This document shows, in pieces, positions 36,782 through 38,366 of a stretch of DNA of 38,366 bases. Source of the DNA: Diploschistes diacapsis (taxonomy: Eukaryota); assembly GCA_023645945.1 (NCBI GenBank), contig JALAIB010000057.1:1-38366 (forward strand). The letters run 5' to 3'. Below the pieces are notes generated by a model, which searched no databases, was not told the origin of the DNA, and saw nothing but the letters and a program-made list of their open reading frames with translations. The first letter of the stretch is position 1, and every line of letters starts with the position of its first letter. The translations under genes and the position numbers were made by a program.

Positions 36782-37025
36782 GGCTTCCCAGGTAGTGTAC
36801 TGTAGGTCTGGTGATGTTCACGAGAGCAATATGCGCTGAACGATTATGAATGGAGTGTGCAGTATTTCTGGCCCCCATCCAATGCGCATGCCTCAAGGTA
36901 AGGTTGACACTTCGTGTTCTGCTGGCGCTAAGGTAGTCAACCTCATCAGCTGTAGCACTTGATATCGTAGCCCAGACATGCTGGGACATCTATCAGGAAC
37001 TCAGCTAGCCACAGCTCAACGTAGA

Positions 37026-37057
37026 CATATCCGTAAACGCTCATATCTGTAAACGCT
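37026..37057 (+). repeat. 16-bp tandem duplication CATATCYGTAAACGCT x2
   Basis: catatccgtaaacgct followed by catatctgtaaacgct, between the two divergent pseudogenes. Confidence 0.85.
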
Positions 37058-37954
37058 CGTGCAGAATGCATCACGATGCCAGCCTTTATCGCGACGCTGA
37101 TGTTGTAGTATACAAAGAAAGAGAGGATAAGGTTTGTAGTTCAGCCAGCCACAGAGAGAGAGACTTTACCGACGTTTCCCCGTGTCCGCGTCCGCTGGTC
37201 TCCCTTCTTAACCAAAGCCGACTGATGGTTATGGCTGTCACAGGTCATTGCTTGCTATGTGGAAAGATCAGGAGCCTCGTCACGGTAGCATATGCATTTC
37301 CAGGCGAACGGGAGGCCTTGCATGATGTTTTTAGAGGTCGTAATGGAATGGTCACTCGCTTGGCGGGCTATCTGTCACAAGCTCTCCCTATTGTCTTCGC
37401 TTCTGTGGAGTGAAAGCCTTGGCTTCGCCGATATAAAAAGGATCTTTCATTAAGATACTGGATAGCTCGACCGTTTAGCAGCCTCGCGACTGCGCTACGA
37501 CTACGCTACTACGCTGAGGCATTGGTGGAGGTAGACGGTGAAGCTTGCGACTCTATAGCATAACAGAATTGAAGTCCGTGAGGTCTCAGCTCCAACAACT
37601 CTCCTTCAGCTGATCAAAGATCAGGCCCCAAGGCCGATCTCATCTCTATACATGATAGCCGTAAACTGCTGTGTTTGCTTTGTTTGATATCACTGAGGCA
37701 CGTTGTGGCGAGCTAAATGTTGATTGGGGATGCATCCCGGCTTCATCATTGCAAAACTTTTGCACATACCGAGCTTGATCTTTTAATCAAACCGCTCGAG
37801 GCAACCTATATAAGCGAGCGTCCTTCCCGTTGACATGACCCTCAGACCCATAACAACAAATCAACACCTCAAGCTCTCAAGCAGCCAAAGAACTTGGCCG
37901 AGCACTCATCCATCCCCTATCCCCATCTCCGTCGCTCGAAACCAACCCGCCAAA

Positions 37955-38150
37955 ATGGTCAACAAGTACACCATAACCGTCAAGAACCAGTCCGGCGCCC
38001 AGCAGCATTACACACTCTTTAATGAACGTCCCAGGTGGACCGGTCGCGTGCGCGTGCAGGAGTAGATCTGGTATGTCAGTAAGAAATGCTCCAAATGGGT
38101 CTGGACGTACTCTCTTTATCTTGGTGATCGCCCCTAGCATATATGCCAAG
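37955..38150 (+). pseudogene. 5' fragment / pseudogene of an apparent paralog of the same uncharacterised family
   Basis: TATATAA at ~37807 and a good CAAAATG context. Reads MVNKYTITVKNQSGAQQHYTLFNERP..VQE*IW with TAG at 38063-38065, then a shifted-frame NAPNGSGRTLF..IYA. The N-terminus aligns by eye with the 36781 gene. Confidence 0.55.
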
Positions 38151-38366
38151 AAATGTTACTGGGATTTCTGGGGGCTCTTCGTCTAATTCTTGCCTGATGC
38201 CATGAATATCCCTTTAGCTCCATATACATTTGGCGATATGACAAGCCCTTCTCTGCCTATTGACGCTGCCATGACATGTCAACTGTAAACCCTCCTGTGC
38301 GATCGTCTTCGCTGCCGTGGTGTGGTAATTATCTATACAACCCCCCCCCACCCCCAACTACAATCT

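Noticed and set aside
35976..38065. Premature stops rescued by A-to-I editing or stop-codon reassignment
   Set aside because: Editing would give Trp, whereas context suggests Gln. Frameshifts are also present, and other genes in the window end normally at TAG.
19980..38366. Starship or other giant mobile element call
   Set aside because: No tyrosine-recombinase captain, transposase or boundary repeats are visible in the window.
1..38366. tRNA, rRNA or CRISPR arrays
   Set aside because: None seen. The DNA is eukaryotic and its tandem repeats are simple microsatellites without spacers.

Overview
Filamentous ascomycete (Pezizomycotina-type) genomic DNA with short GT-AG introns. The left 20 kb holds five intact genes: a secreted GH3 beta-xylosidase (bxlB-like, 6 exons, with XlnR/CreA-type promoter sites), a MARVEL-like membrane protein, an intronless GC-rich amidohydrolase, an SNG1/DUF3533 membrane protein, and, head-to-head with SNG1, a complete non-reducing polyketide synthase (SAT-KS-AT-PT-ACP-ACP-TE). 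The PKS looks like the orsellinate/depside (group I) type and has no recognisable tailoring genes beside it. The most striking unexplained feature is non-coding: a ~880-nt nested inverted repeat at 7881-8764 with six collinear stems, two perfect 23-bp duplexes and mismatches biased toward G:U pairs on the + strand. It looks like a long hairpin-RNA/milRNA precursor. Right of the PKS is a ~16 kb region with no intact gene I can identify, only faint relics. The window ends in a head-to-head pair of apparently paralogous pseudogenes with stops at probable Gln codons. All alignments and exon calls were done by eye.
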